DNA of 64,000 nt from Nitrospirota bacterium (lineage in GTDB: Bacteria > Nitrospirota > UBA9217). The stretch's first letter is position 1, and the number at the start of each line of letters is the position of its first letter. The notes under the pieces were generated by a model. That model worked only from the letters and a program-made list of their open reading frames with translations. It was not told the origin of the DNA and did not search any database. Of the stretch, positions 52,513 through 62,975 are shown in pieces. The stretch lies in assembly GCA_963754875.1 (NCBI GenBank), contig CAVWHO010000013.1:1-64000 (forward strand). The letters run 5' to 3'. The position numbers and the translations under genes are program-made.

Positions 52513-52920
52513 TTACATGCTGTGAACGAGATAGAGCACGAGGAAGGCGCCGATGGAAAGTACGGACAGGAAGAGCAGTACGCTTAAAACGACCGACGGC
52601 TTGTAGGTGTCTTCCTCGATCTGATGCTCTACTGCTTTGTACCGGACGAACGCAAGCACTCCCATCACCACGCCTAGGCCGACAAGAACGATCCCGACGA
52701 TCGACGAATAGCCCGGCGGCGGGGGGGAGGACTCTTTCCCCAGGTAATAAGCCATCTGCTTCACGAAGAGCGAGAATTTTTCTACTACGAACCCGAAGGC
52801 CATGATGGCGACGCTCGTCCGAATCCAGGCGAGGAAGGTCCGTTCATTCGCCATGTGGACCCGACGGTTGCGTCGGCCCTTGGATACTTTGTCAACGGCG
52901 GTTTCTGGCATCATACTCAT
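52513..52920 (-). CDS. DUF202 (YidH) membrane protein
   Basis: HMANERTFLAWIRTS. Confidence 0.9.
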   Translation of the reverse strand: MSMMPETAVDKVSKGRRNRRVHMANERTFLAWIRTSVAIMAFGFVVEKFSLFVKQMAYYLGKESSPPPPGYSSIVGIVLVGLGVVMGVLAFVRYKAVEHQIEEDTYKPSVVLSVLLFLSVLSIGAFLVLYLVHSM

Positions 52921-52941
52921 CAGTTCTTTCTCTCCTGTCCC

Positions 52942-53529
52942 TCAACCCTGAATATACATAAATATTCCGCTTCTGATCATCTTCACGGCAAATGCTGCCA
53001 GGATCAATGACGCGACTTTGGCAAAGGCCCGGGAGCCGCTGATGCCGATGAGCTTTATGATCCGCTCCGACTGCGCAAAGATGAACCATGCCAGCAGCAG
53101 GTTCACAATGAGAGCAAGAATGACGGGAACGTATCCGTTCGTCCCCACAAGGACGAGGGCCGTCGTGAGCGTGCCGGGGCCGGCAATGAGCGGCGTGCCG
53201 AGCGGGACCACGCCGAATTCCGGGCTCCGTTCCATTTGCCGTTCGCCTGCGCGGACCACGTCGGTAACGGCGATGATCAATAGGACGCCGCCGCCGGCGA
53301 CCATGAAATCCTCGACCAGTATCCCCAAAGCATTAAAAATCGCTTGCCCGAGGAGGATGAACCCTATGGTTACCAAAAACGCGGTGGCAATGGACTGGCG
53401 AACAATCTTCTTCCGGTCCGCGCGCGTCACGCCCTCGGTCATGCCTACATAAAGCGGCAGCGTCCCCGGCGCATCGAGTGCAACCATGAGAGGAATGAGG
53501 GTCACTAAAAAAGGCTTGAAAAATTCCAT
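52942..53529 (-). CDS. MarC family membrane protein
   Basis: VVPLGTPLIAGPG; six TM segments. Confidence 0.9.
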   Translation of the reverse strand: MEFFKPFLVTLIPLMVALDAPGTLPLYVGMTEGVTRADRKKIVRQSIATAFLVTIGFILLGQAIFNALGILVEDFMVAGGGVLLIIAVTDVVRAGERQMERSPEFGVVPLGTPLIAGPGTLTTALVLVGTNGYVPVILALIVNLLLAWFIFAQSERIIKLIGISGSRAFAKVASLILAAFAVKMIRSGIFMYIQG

Positions 53530-53792
53530 GCATGCTCCCCGGCTCCCAGAACAAACACCCGTATCAACTCTTCTGAGAAGAGTATAACCCAGTTTTCCCG
53601 AGGTGTCCAGCTCGGCGGCTCATAGAGGTGTGCGTGGGAAAGTGCGTGCCGGTTTCATTCTTCGTCTCATGGCGTACAATAGATATTTCCTATATAATAT
53701 TGAGAAGGAGATAGGTATTTGCAATTTGACGGGGCAGGTGACTCACGGTATTGTTAAACCACTTATGTCGAGTGTCGAGCGGAGGCAGGGAA

Positions 53793-54845
53793 ATGGCAGA
53801 CAACCAGGACAGCGGGCAGCAGCTCAAACTTACGTCGCTCAGCCACGGTGCCGGCTGAGCCTGCAAACTCGGTCCAAAGGTTTTGGACGAGATCCTCAAG
53901 GCTCTACCGAAGGTGACCGATCCGCGCGTGCTCGTTGGGACCGAAGATGACGCAGGCGTGTATCAACTGAGCGATGAAATTGCGATCGTCCAGACCGTGG
54001 ATTTCTTCACGCCCATCGTGGATAGTGGCTACGATTTCGGGGCGATTGCCGCGACCAATGCGCTCTCCGACATCTATGCCATGGGGGCAAAACCGCTTAC
54101 GGCATTGAACCTGGTGGCATTTCCGAAGGACGGGCCGCTGAATGTGCTCGGCGATATCATGCGCGGGGGTGCCGAAAAGGCGCAGGAAGCGGGGGTGGTC
54201 ATTATCGGCGGCCACTCCATCGACGATAAGGAGCCGAAGTACGGCATGGCCGTAACGGGTATCGTGCATCCCGGGCGCATAGTGCAGAAGGGCGGCGCGA
54301 GGCCGGGAGACTTACTTGTTTTGACCAAGCCCCTTGGAATCGGCATTATATCAACAGCGATCAAAGTGGGACGTGCATCGGACGAAATGATCGCGATTGC
54401 AACGCGCAGCATGAAAACGCTGAATAAGCTTGCTTCTGACGCAATGGTCGAGGTTGGGGTCAAGGGGGCCACGGACATAACGGGGTTCGGCCTGCTCGGT
54501 CATCTCCATGAGATGCTGCATACCAGCGGTGTGAGCGCGCGGCTGACGATGTCCCGGGTACCGGTCATTGAGGGAGTACGGGCCCTCGCGAAATTCAGTA
54601 TTCCCGGCGGCACACGCTCGAACCTGAAATATGTGAGCGACAAGGTCACGTGGTCGGAAGGAATATCGGAAGAAGAAAAATTGATCCTTGCGGACGCGCA
54701 GACTTCCGGCGGCCTTTTGATCGCGGTTTCTGCGGACAAACTCGACACGCTTCTCAAGGGACTCGCGGGGCGGGGAGTGGAGACGAGGGCGGTGATCGGA
54801 GAGATCACTGCAGGGGACGCAGGTAAAATAATGGTCGAAAGGTGA
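53793..54845 (+). CDS. selD: Selenide, water dikinase containing selenocysteine (UGA at 53856-53858)
   Basis: LTSLSHGAG-UGA-ACKLGP in frame with DFFTPIVD, NALSDIYAMG, TDITGFGLLGH, DAQTSGGLL; SECIS-like hairpin GTCCAAA-GGT-TTTGGAC about 13 nt after the UGA. Confidence 0.95.
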
Positions 54846-55131
54846 TGGGGACAAGTGGTCATTCCCTTCTTTCATAATCCCGGATGAACAGAGCAGGCCG
54901 GGGAAATACGGAATCCCTCTTTCGAAAATGCCTGTCGGACCGTGATGAGTCAATTACCATCGCCCGTGAGGAACAGGCGAGGGGCAAATGGGGCTGGCGC
55001 CTCTCCTGGTCTGCAAAACCAGAGTCACGGTGTCGTGAGTTGACTGAAAACCGTGGTGGGTTTGATTTCCACTTCCCCTCTCCAGATTAGCCATATCGAT
55101 CAGCAATTCAGGATGCTTGTACGGAGGTTGT

Positions 55132-55731
55132 ATGCAGATAGATGCTCGCGGCAAAGCGTGCCCCCTGCCGGTGATGATGGCCGAGGAAGCGCTCTCGAAA
55201 ATCGGGGAAGGAATTCTCGAAGTCCTCGTGGACAACGAAGAATCAGCGCTCAATGTTTCGGGCTATGCAGCCCAGAATGGCATGTATGCTGAAACAGCAA
55301 AAGAAGGCAAGGATTGGAAGGTGAAGGTCGTCAAGGGGTATACGTGCAAAGTCCAGGGACCGGAGTCCAGCGTTCAGAGTGAACGGACCGCAAAAAGGAA
55401 GACATTGTTACTCATCGTCGGCACAGACAGCCTGGGCAAGGACGAAGATCTGGGAAAGAAATTGATGAAGGGTTTCTTTGACACCATGAGGGTGTACAAG
55501 CAGCTGCCCCATACCCTGTTCTTTTTGAATGCAGGGGTCAAACTGACTACGGTGAATGAAGAAAACGTCGGGGTGCTGAAGGAAATCGAGGCGCTTGGTG
55601 TGGAGATTTATTCCTGTGGCACCTGTTTGAAACACTACGATCTCGAGTCCGCATTGAAAGTAGGCAGCCGCGGTACGACGAACCAGATCGTGGAAGGAAT
55701 GCAGGATTTCGACAAGGTCGTGTGGGTGTAG
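55132..55731 (+). CDS. yedF: Selenium metabolism protein YedF (TusA/SirA plus DsrE domains)
   Basis: IDARGKACPLPV; FFLNAGVKL; SCGTCL; adjacent to selD. Confidence 0.9.
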   Translation: MQIDARGKACPLPVMMAEEALSKIGEGILEVLVDNEESALNVSGYAAQNGMYAETAKEGKDWKVKVVKGYTCKVQGPESSVQSERTAKRKTLLLIVGTDSLGKDEDLGKKLMKGFFDTMRVYKQLPHTLFFLNAGVKLTTVNEENVGVLKEIEALGVEIYSCGTCLKHYDLESALKVGSRGTTNQIVEGMQDFDKVVWV

Positions 55732-55831
55732 ACGGCTTCACTGGGACGACAGACAGCAGTCTGCCTGTTCGGATAGACCTTTGAATCTCAAGTCTTCACT
55801 TGCTCAATTTCACTCATACATCTTTTGCAAT

Positions 55832-55865
55832 AAAAAAAAGGGACCTGTTGAGAACAGGTCCCTTT
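55832..55865 (-). terminator. Intrinsic terminator of the PgcA-like gene
   Basis: AAAGGGACCTGTT-GAG-AACAGGTCCCTTT with an A8 tract on the + strand. Confidence 0.8.
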
Positions 55866-55902
55866 CATCTTTATATCATTTCACGTCGGCTGAAACGTTC
55901 CG

Positions 55903-57582
55903 TCAGGGAAGGGTAGCCAGGAAATTAGCATAATCCTGTGCAGTCGTCCCGGATGCCAACGAGGCCCCCTTGCTGACCATCGAATTGACTGTGGACAGCC
56001 ACGTGGTCGCCGTCCTGCCCGTGACTGTGTATCCGCCTGACTTGAGAACGGTAGTGTTCACAGTGAGACCGTGGCACATAGTGCAGGACGATGTTACCTG
56101 GGCCAGCGTAAGCGTCGGCGTCGGCGGCGTATAGGTGCAGGACTGCGAGAGGAGCGGCGTCCCGGCGCAGCCGGCTGGTGACGATGTCAGGAGGTTCCTT
56201 GTCTGCGTGCTGTTTGACTGGCAAGCACCCCATGCACTATAGGTGTAGGTGCATGCCGGCGGGACATAGGTGCAGGCTTGCGACGTGACCGGCGTTCCCG
56301 TGCAGCCTGCCGGTGTCGTGGTCAGCACGTTTCTGGTTTGCGTGTTGTTCGACTGGCAGGCGCCCCAGACGTCATAGGTGTACGTGCAGGCCCCAGGCGC
56401 AGGCGGTACATAGGTGCAGGCTTGCGACGTGACCGGTGTCCCCGTGCAGCCTGTCGGCGTCGTGGTCAGCACGTTTCTGGTTTGCGTGTTGTTCGACTGG
56501 CAGGCACCCCAGACGTCATAGGTGTACGTGCAGGCCCCAGGCGCAGGCGGCACATAGGTGCAGGACTGTGACACGACGGGTGTACCGGTGCAACCTGACG
56601 GCGATGTCGTCAGCACGTTTCTCGTCTGTGTGTTATCCGACTGGCAGGCGCCCCAAACATCATACGTATAGGTGCAGGCCACGGGCGTTGGAGTGGGCGT
56701 TGGAGTCGACGATAAAGCCGAAGCGATGGCTTGGATCTGGGCGGTCGTGAGCTTGGAGAGGAAGCTCATAGTGCCCACACTTTGAATCGCAGACTGTATC
56801 TGGGCTGCCGTCACACCTAACTTACTGCTTGTGGCAAGAGGTCCGTGGCAGGAACTGCAGTTAGTCACATAGAGTGCTGCCCCATTCACCTGTCCCGGCT
56901 GGGGCATGTTCCCGTTGTAGAAGGTCCCGGAGTTGATGTCATTGATCGGGGCAGTAAAGATCACCGCCCCGGTCTCTTTATTCGTGACGATGATCATGCC
57001 GTTTGATACGGTGATCTTCACGTCGTCGAACATGGCGTCAAGCCCGGTGTGGTCGGCTTCATAATCGTCGTTGACCGGGTCCTTGGTCGTCCCGTACAAG
57101 GAAAAAAGCGGCGTAAGTTTCTGCCGCAGACTGGCTATGGCTGTCGACCGGTGGGATTCTATGGACTCGTATAAAGCCGGGTCCGGATTTGCAGGGAGTG
57201 TTGAGGGGTCCCCATCGATTGCTGCGGCGAAAGCCGCATTTGAGAACGGGTTTATGTTCGCCGTACCCGGCCCTAAGGTAAATGAATACAACTGGTTCGT
57301 GCCGCTGCTGTCCGTCCACGTAACCGTGAGCACAAAGGGCGGTGTAAGCCCGCTTACGTTGATTGAGAACGATCCGTTGGCTGCCGACGTGGTCGTCCTG
57401 ACCCGCGGCGGAACCGACGCATCTGTCAGGGTAACAGTCCCGACTACGGGCGCCCCTGAGGCGGCTACGCCCTTTACCGACTGCGCCGGGCTCGGCGTAA
57501 TGTTGCTGACGCCGCAAGCGGCGAGCAGGACGCTTAATGCTACTGCGCCTGCCATGAGAATAGTGTCCATTTTTTTCTTCAT
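55903..57582 (-). CDS. PgcA-like lipoprotein c-type cytochrome with four TSP1-like Cys repeats
   Basis: Lipobox LAAC; GVAASGAPVVGTVTL beta domain; CSSCH; PTPTPTP; four CTYTYxxWGACQSxxTQTR...GC.GTP...C units; C-terminal CTMCH. Confidence 0.85.
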   Translation of the reverse strand: MKKKMDTILMAGAVALSVLLAACGVSNITPSPAQSVKGVAASGAPVVGTVTLTDASVPPRVRTTTSAANGSFSINVSGLTPPFVLTVTWTDSSGTNQLYSFTLGPGTANINPFSNAAFAAAIDGDPSTLPANPDPALYESIESHRSTAIASLRQKLTPLFSLYGTTKDPVNDDYEADHTGLDAMFDDVKITVSNGMIIVTNKETGAVIFTAPINDINSGTFYNGNMPQPGQVNGAALYVTNCSSCHGPLATSSKLGVTAAQIQSAIQSVGTMSFLSKLTTAQIQAIASALSSTPTPTPTPVACTYTYDVWGACQSDNTQTRNVLTTSPSGCTGTPVVSQSCTYVPPAPGACTYTYDVWGACQSNNTQTRNVLTTTPTGCTGTPVTSQACTYVPPAPGACTYTYDVWGACQSNNTQTRNVLTTTPAGCTGTPVTSQACTYVPPACTYTYSAWGACQSNSTQTRNLLTSSPAGCAGTPLLSQSCTYTPPTPTLTLAQVTSSCTMCHGLTVNTTVLKSGGYTVTGRTATTWLSTVNSMVSKGASLASGTTAQDYANFLATLP

Positions 57583-57830
57583 ATTTCCCTCTCTTTTGTA
57601 AATTTGGCTCTTTGAGTCTTTCGGTCAAGGATACTGCTGCTTCTGAATTGCAATCCTTAATTCTACCCGGCTTCGGTAACAAACACTGGAATGCAGCAAT
57701 TCTTGACGCATTCTTTAGTCTGCAGCTCAGAGATAGCGCCTAGGCAGGTGCAAAGAAAAAAATCCCTTCGATTGCTGCTATGGCCTGCATCACCCCCTCC
57801 TGCGCCCTTCTCTGAGAAGTACCAGGAACG

Positions 57831-57944
57831 AAAAAAAGCCGGGCGCCTCATATCGAAAGATATTTCGGCAGCCCGGCTGTCTCAAGGAGATCCTGAAGGC
57901 TTTCCGCCCCATCCTCGCGGATGGTTGAGTATTGTCGTCTATCT
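57831..57944 (-). promoter_or_regulatory. GEMM-Ib riboswitch (3',3'-cGAMP-type) with terminator
   Basis: GACAATACTCAACCATCC-GCGA-GGATGGGGCGGAAAGCC...GAGACAGCCGGGCTGCCGAAATATC, then GCCCGGC-T7; closely follows the Geobacter GEMM layout. Confidence 0.9.
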
Positions 57945-58114
57945 GGTACTATGGAATTCGAGCAGAAAAAAATTACGCCATGCGCCTGCAAAAACAAAAT
58001 GCCGGATATTTCACAACTAATGAAGAAATGTCGTCCGTCGCGATTACGCTGATCCCGTGCCGGAAGCATGAAGGTTTGTTTCGCAACTTTGCATCCTCAT
58101 TGGTTGATGTCTAT

Positions 58115-58131
58115 AGCAAATGGAATGCCAG
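58115..58131 (-). promoter_or_regulatory. Sigma54 promoter upstream of the GEMM riboswitch
   Basis: CTGGCATTCCATTTGCT with correct GG-N10-GC spacing. Confidence 0.7.
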
Positions 58132-58886
58132 AAATTGCAAATTTTTGTTATCTTATTGATTTATGAAAACAATCTCGATTTTGTCGGCACGTTTCACCAT
58201 CGCGTGAATTTTGCAAAGTGTCGGGTTTTTCCTACGGTAAAAAATGACGAATAGAAACAGTGATGTCGTTCAAATAATAAAAGCCCTGCAATAATGCTGT
58301 ATTATAGTCAGCCAATTCGTAAAACAGTGCAGAGCTTTTTCGCGCATAGAGAATTGAAAGAGAGCTCTTCCGCGCACAAAGAATTGCGGACGGTTTGATA
58401 GTGCTGCTGTAAAGGTAAAATAAGATACTTTTGGAATCATTTCGTCATTTTTCTCTGCCATATCAGCAGCGATCATTGCGGTCCTGCTGTCCGGTTTACT
58501 CATAACAGGTTCGAATGATGCCGTATACGTTGAACTATTCCCAAATAGTACAAGCAGGCTTAGCTGATAAAGTATCAACGAACTTTTCCCCGTGCTGATC
58601 ATAACGTTTGGCTATAGGAGCTTGTTGACAGGTTCGAGGGGCGGCGATAAAATTTTATCAAGCTTGAAGTCATTGATGAGCTGTGAAAGCTTATTACGAG
58701 GACATGAGCCAGGTCGCTTAAAAAATACTTCCACAGGCGTCGCTCTCGGAGTTCTCGACCAGAGTCATTCTGCACAATAAGCCCAGCGCAAAAGGGCGTG
58801 GAGGCCTTCGGTCCTTTTGTAATTGTGGCTTTACCAAGGAATGCAGATTTGTAAATTGTAGGCATTTGAAAAGGAGGCACCATTCC

Positions 58887-60095
58887 ATGAAGAAATTCGG
58901 TACAGATGTCCTGATACTCGCACTGTCGGCCGCATTTGTTTTCTCCCTGGCGAGTTGCGGCCGCAGTAACAGCAGCACTAGCACTAGCAGTATAACGCCG
59001 GTCAGTACCAACGCTCAGGCTGCGCAAGCGGCCACTGCCAGCGTCAAAACCGCCCGTAACGTTATGGTCATCGGCTCAGCGCTTGCGATGATAACTTCAG
59101 CGGCGACGAGCAGCGGCGTAGGATTGCCCCTTGCGCCGGCCATCAATGCCCCTTCGGGCACGACGAATGCCACAGCATTGGCCAGGTTTTCAACAACGTT
59201 CTCTCCAACCCTCAGGAGGACGATGGACGTTCGGGCTGCTGCATTGACGTTTCCCGTCACGATCGACTGTGCCACGAATACGACAGTAACAGGGGGCAGC
59301 ACAGCGACGCCGGACAGTGTCACGATTGTCGGGAGCGGCATCGGCCCGTTTACCGTAACGTTTAACGCGTGCAGGGAGGGGGTGGCGCAAGTGGACGGCG
59401 TCGTGACCGCGACGCTCACCGGGGTCATCGCTGCCACCTTGACGCTTGGAACAGACACCGCCCCGCTTACCGTGACCGAGTACGCAGGGGCCTCGTCTTC
59501 GTCTGTCATCGACGTTATTAAAACCACGTCGAACATATCGTTCAGTCAGTTGGGTGTGACCGACACGTTTGTGACGACGGGATCGTTCGAGAACTGGGAT
59601 TACGTGGCACATGGACACGAAAAGCAGGTCATGACCAATCTTATAATTGCGGTGACAACTGGGGTCGCAACGGTCGGCGGCGCAAACTATACGGCCGATA
59701 CGTTTACCGTGAACGGCCCTTCGACCGGTACAGTCTACCTGTCGGATACGGACAGTACGATAAACTATACGGAATCGGACAGTTATTCGAATTTTGTGAT
59801 CGTGGATAAATCACCTGCTGCAGGTTCGCCTGATTTCGACTATCTCACCATGACCGGCGTCTTCAGCATCTCCACCACGCCGGCAGACAAGTGTATCGAC
59901 GGCACATTCAGCATCGCAACAAACACTGATGTGAAGATCGACAATGCTACGGAGACGATAGTGGAGGGACAGCTCGCGATCAACGCGGCTGCAGTGGCGG
60001 TATATAATGCCGACGGCAGCCTGACGGTCACCGTGAACGGAGGCACGCCGGCGACGTTTTCGGAAGCGGAATTGGCGGCATTATGCTCATTGTGA
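58887..60095 (+). CDS. Thr-rich beta-strand surface lipoprotein, unknown function
   Basis: Lipobox LASC, Ser/Thr linker, four additional Cys; TTGACA-17-TAAAAT promoter at 58625-58653. Confidence 0.75.
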   Translation: MKKFGTDVLILALSAAFVFSLASCGRSNSSTSTSSITPVSTNAQAAQAATASVKTARNVMVIGSALAMITSAATSSGVGLPLAPAINAPSGTTNATALARFSTTFSPTLRRTMDVRAAALTFPVTIDCATNTTVTGGSTATPDSVTIVGSGIGPFTVTFNACREGVAQVDGVVTATLTGVIAATLTLGTDTAPLTVTEYAGASSSSVIDVIKTTSNISFSQLGVTDTFVTTGSFENWDYVAHGHEKQVMTNLIIAVTTGVATVGGANYTADTFTVNGPSTGTVYLSDTDSTINYTESDSYSNFVIVDKSPAAGSPDFDYLTMTGVFSISTTPADKCIDGTFSIATNTDVKIDNATETIVEGQLAINAAAVAVYNADGSLTVTVNGGTPATFSEAELAALCSL

Positions 60096-60153
60096 CAGAA
60101 CAGAGGAGGCGGAAGGGTTTCATCCATTTCGCTCCGAGAGGGCTTGTTTATGT

Positions 60154-60286
60154 GATGAAGTCGTAAAAAGTCGTCATTCCCGCTTGTCGGGAATCGTAGT
60201 GCTTTTACAACATACTGAAAAGAGAAGATTCCGGACAAGCCGGAATGATGTCAAAAGCGTGATATCCGACTTTTTACGAAACCATC
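60154..60286. repeat. MITE-like element enclosing a GTCATTCC palindrome
   Basis: Outer GATGAAGTCGTAAAAAGTC / GACTTTTTACGAAACCATC; inner GTCATTCCCGCTTGTCGGGAATC...GATTCCGGACAAGCCGGAATGA. Confidence 0.6.
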
Positions 60287-60471
60287 TTATGTATACGCTG
60301 AAGGGAGATAAGGAGATTGCAAAATCCGGCTTAGTTCGTCGCGGTGAAATGTTCCTCGGCAGTTTGTCCTTCTAAAGTCGTCAGTGAAAAGGGCCGCCGG
60401 TTCATACGAGGAGGACCTTGATTCAGGATGATTTTGGTAGTAATATATAGTTCAGGAAGAAGGAGGGTGAA

Positions 60472-61788
60472 ATGAAAAATTGGCTGTCAATGGTAACGAC
60501 AGCCTGTTTGCTTCTCTCTCCTTTCGCGGCCTTTGCAGCAGACTACGGGTCGCAATCATCGCAAACTCAACAAGCCCCTCCTGTAGCCCAGCCGCTCGTA
60601 CGCGAAGGAGATTTCGCAATCAGGCTGGCCTCTGAACTTGATCTGGGCAACCCCACAGAAGAAACTGTTGCGGAAGACATGCTCATCACTGCGGGCGTTG
60701 TTCCCTCGAACGGCTGGCTCTCTGATTATCCCGTGACACCGGAGATCATCGGTCAGATCCAAAGCTCCATCGCCAAGGCGGTAGCGGAAGGCAAACTTCC
60801 GATGAACTCCGACGAGGCGACACGAGGACTCTACTCGCTGACGCAGCAAATGGACCTGCCAACGCCGGCAGGTCCCTGGAATGCAGCGCCGCCGGAAGGT
60901 GAACAGCCTCCCGCAGCTCAATCCAACCCCACAGTGATCAACAACTATTACAATGAGGAAGGGCCCCCGATTGTAACCTATTATCCGCCCCCCTACTATG
61001 ACGCCTACCTCTATGACTGGGTGCCTTATCCGGTCTTCTGGTTCGGGTTTTGGTTCCCCGGTTTCTACATTTGCCATAGTTTTACCACGGTGATCGTTAC
61101 GAGAGTCGGTGATTTCGACCATCGAGGCAGACGAGGCATCGTGAGCAACCGGGTCATCGACCCCGTCACGAGAAGGGCGGCCGTAGTGGATCCGGTGTCG
61201 AGAATGAGCGCGGGCAGCGTGAGGCCAAGGACTATGCTCCGTACGGGCAACGGCAATGCGTTCATGAATATTGGCGATATGAGGCGTGGGTACGCATCAT
61301 CAACCGTGGCCGGCGTAAGTCGTCGACCGGAGGCAAGCGGCGCCTCAAGAATCGAAGGGTTCAGGACGCCGGAAGCAAGGAGGAGCGCCGAGGTCATCTA
61401 CGCAAGAAGTCTGGACAAAATGAATAGGAATAGGGGACCGGTCGGCGGCATGGTTCGCGGTGATGAGAGACACATTATCTCTCCGAGCTCGTCGGCACGG
61501 TCTTTCCGTGCTCCTTCAAGAAGCGGAGAACGAGAACTGACCGCTCCCTCGCGCGGCAATGAGTGGCGGTCCGTCTCGCCGGTTCAGCGACAAGACAGGA
61601 TGTTCAGGGCGCCGTCGAGCGGCGGTGAATGGCAGCGGTCCGTTGCGCCGAGCAGACCCGCCAGATCATTCAACGCTCCCGTAATGCGCGGGGGCGGGGG
61701 CTGGTCGTCAACACGGCCGTCTTCCGGCTACAGTCGGCTCGGCAAAGGCGGAAGAGCGGGGAGTGCGTTCTGCAGAGGCAGGTGCTGA
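60472..61788 (+). CDS. Exported hypothetical protein with Pro/Tyr/Trp-rich core and Arg/Ser/Gly-rich tail
   Basis: Signal peptide ending AFA; YYPPPYY...WVPYPVFWFGFWFPGFY; repeated RSFRAPS-like units. Confidence 0.7.
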   Translation: MKNWLSMVTTACLLLSPFAAFAADYGSQSSQTQQAPPVAQPLVREGDFAIRLASELDLGNPTEETVAEDMLITAGVVPSNGWLSDYPVTPEIIGQIQSSIAKAVAEGKLPMNSDEATRGLYSLTQQMDLPTPAGPWNAAPPEGEQPPAAQSNPTVINNYYNEEGPPIVTYYPPPYYDAYLYDWVPYPVFWFGFWFPGFYICHSFTTVIVTRVGDFDHRGRRGIVSNRVIDPVTRRAAVVDPVSRMSAGSVRPRTMLRTGNGNAFMNIGDMRRGYASSTVAGVSRRPEASGASRIEGFRTPEARRSAEVIYARSLDKMNRNRGPVGGMVRGDERHIISPSSSARSFRAPSRSGERELTAPSRGNEWRSVSPVQRQDRMFRAPSSGGEWQRSVAPSRPARSFNAPVMRGGGGWSSTRPSSGYSRLGKGGRAGSAFCRGRC

Positions 61789-62068
61789 TGCAGCCTGCCC
61801 TCGTCAGGACGATACCTCATTTTTTAAAAACAAACGCCGGAGCCGATCACTGCGCGGCGAGCAGAGAGGTTTCCTTTGAGGGTAAAAGTATAAGCGAGGC
61901 CTTTCTCAACTCTCCGCGCGTACTTATTGTTCTCACGTTTTGCACAGACCTCTTCCCCTCTTCATTCCCGAGCCTCTGACAGCTGTTCTGCTTGACTTCA
62001 CGCAGTACGTCTGATATGTTCATCATGAAAATTTAAAACAACGGTGTACGTCCCTGAGGAGACCAGCC

Positions 62069-62692
62069 ATGCTGCCCGATGATGTTTTGCCCATGCGCAA
62101 CGAGACCTTGAAAACGATCAATGACCGCCACAGTGTCAGGACATTCACCAAGGATGACGTGACCGAAGATGAGATCAATGTCCTCCTGCGCGCGGCAAAC
62201 GCGGCGCCGTCGGCGCACAACCAGCAGGCGTGGAGGTTCATCATCCTCCGGGGTGAGAAGAAGCAGCAGCTGGCGCAGCTCGTGACCGCGCAATCGGCCT
62301 CCTTTCCGAGACCGGCTGCGGCCCTTCTCCGCATGGGCGCAAAGAGCATCCTCTCGGCCCCTGTCGTGATCGCGGTGGCAAACACGGGGGACCTCATCAG
62401 GCACGGGACCGAGCTCTTCAAGGTAGAGAAGGAGACGGCCCACGATTTCTTTCGCACCATGGAGATCCAGAGCTCGGCCGCTGCCGTGGAGAATATTCTG
62501 CTCTCGGCGACTTCCCTGGGCCTGGGCACAGTTTGGCTCGGGGTTCTCTATCTCATCAAAGATGAAGTGCTCCGGTTTCTCGGAGAGCCCGAAGGCGAGT
62601 TCATGGCCGTGGTCCCGGTGGGCCGTCCTGTCAAGGCCGGCAGCGGACCGAAGAAGCAACCGGTGGAGATGAAGATAAAGTCATTGCGTTAA
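62069..62692 (+). CDS. Nitroreductase family protein
   Basis: RHSVRTF, AAPSAHNQQAWRF, AAVENILLSATSLGLGTVW. Confidence 0.92.
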   Translation: MLPDDVLPMRNETLKTINDRHSVRTFTKDDVTEDEINVLLRAANAAPSAHNQQAWRFIILRGEKKQQLAQLVTAQSASFPRPAAALLRMGAKSILSAPVVIAVANTGDLIRHGTELFKVEKETAHDFFRTMEIQSSAAAVENILLSATSLGLGTVWLGVLYLIKDEVLRFLGEPEGEFMAVVPVGRPVKAGSGPKKQPVEMKIKSLR

Positions 62693-62848
62693 CGAGGGGG
62701 GCGGCCAAAGTATTCGTTCGATCTAAGCTTCCCCGTAACACAGCTCGTTATCACCGGACTCACAATCATCCGGCAGGATCCTTTGTTCCCCATGGCCATT
62801 GGCGGAACTCTTGACATTCTGAAAGGCGCCCGGCCCTGCCCGGGGACT

Positions 62849-62975
62849 TCAAGCGTGCCTGCTTCCGGCTACCCGAATCCCTCTCCGGCTTTGACGTCCT
62901 CCGTGATATCAAGGCCCAACTCGGACAGCGCAGCGTGCGCCATCACATCATTCAGCTTCTGAAGAAGTTTTTCAT
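62849..62975 (-). pseudogene. Possible small-protein remnant with a 1-bp deletion after the start
   Basis: ATG AAA AA(-) CTT CTT CAG gives MKKLLQKLNDVMAHAALSELG if one A is restored; G-rich RBS upstream. Confidence 0.3.

Noticed and set aside
58673..58692. TGATGAG...GAAA hammerhead-like core
   Set aside because: No CUGA start, and stems I-III cannot form.
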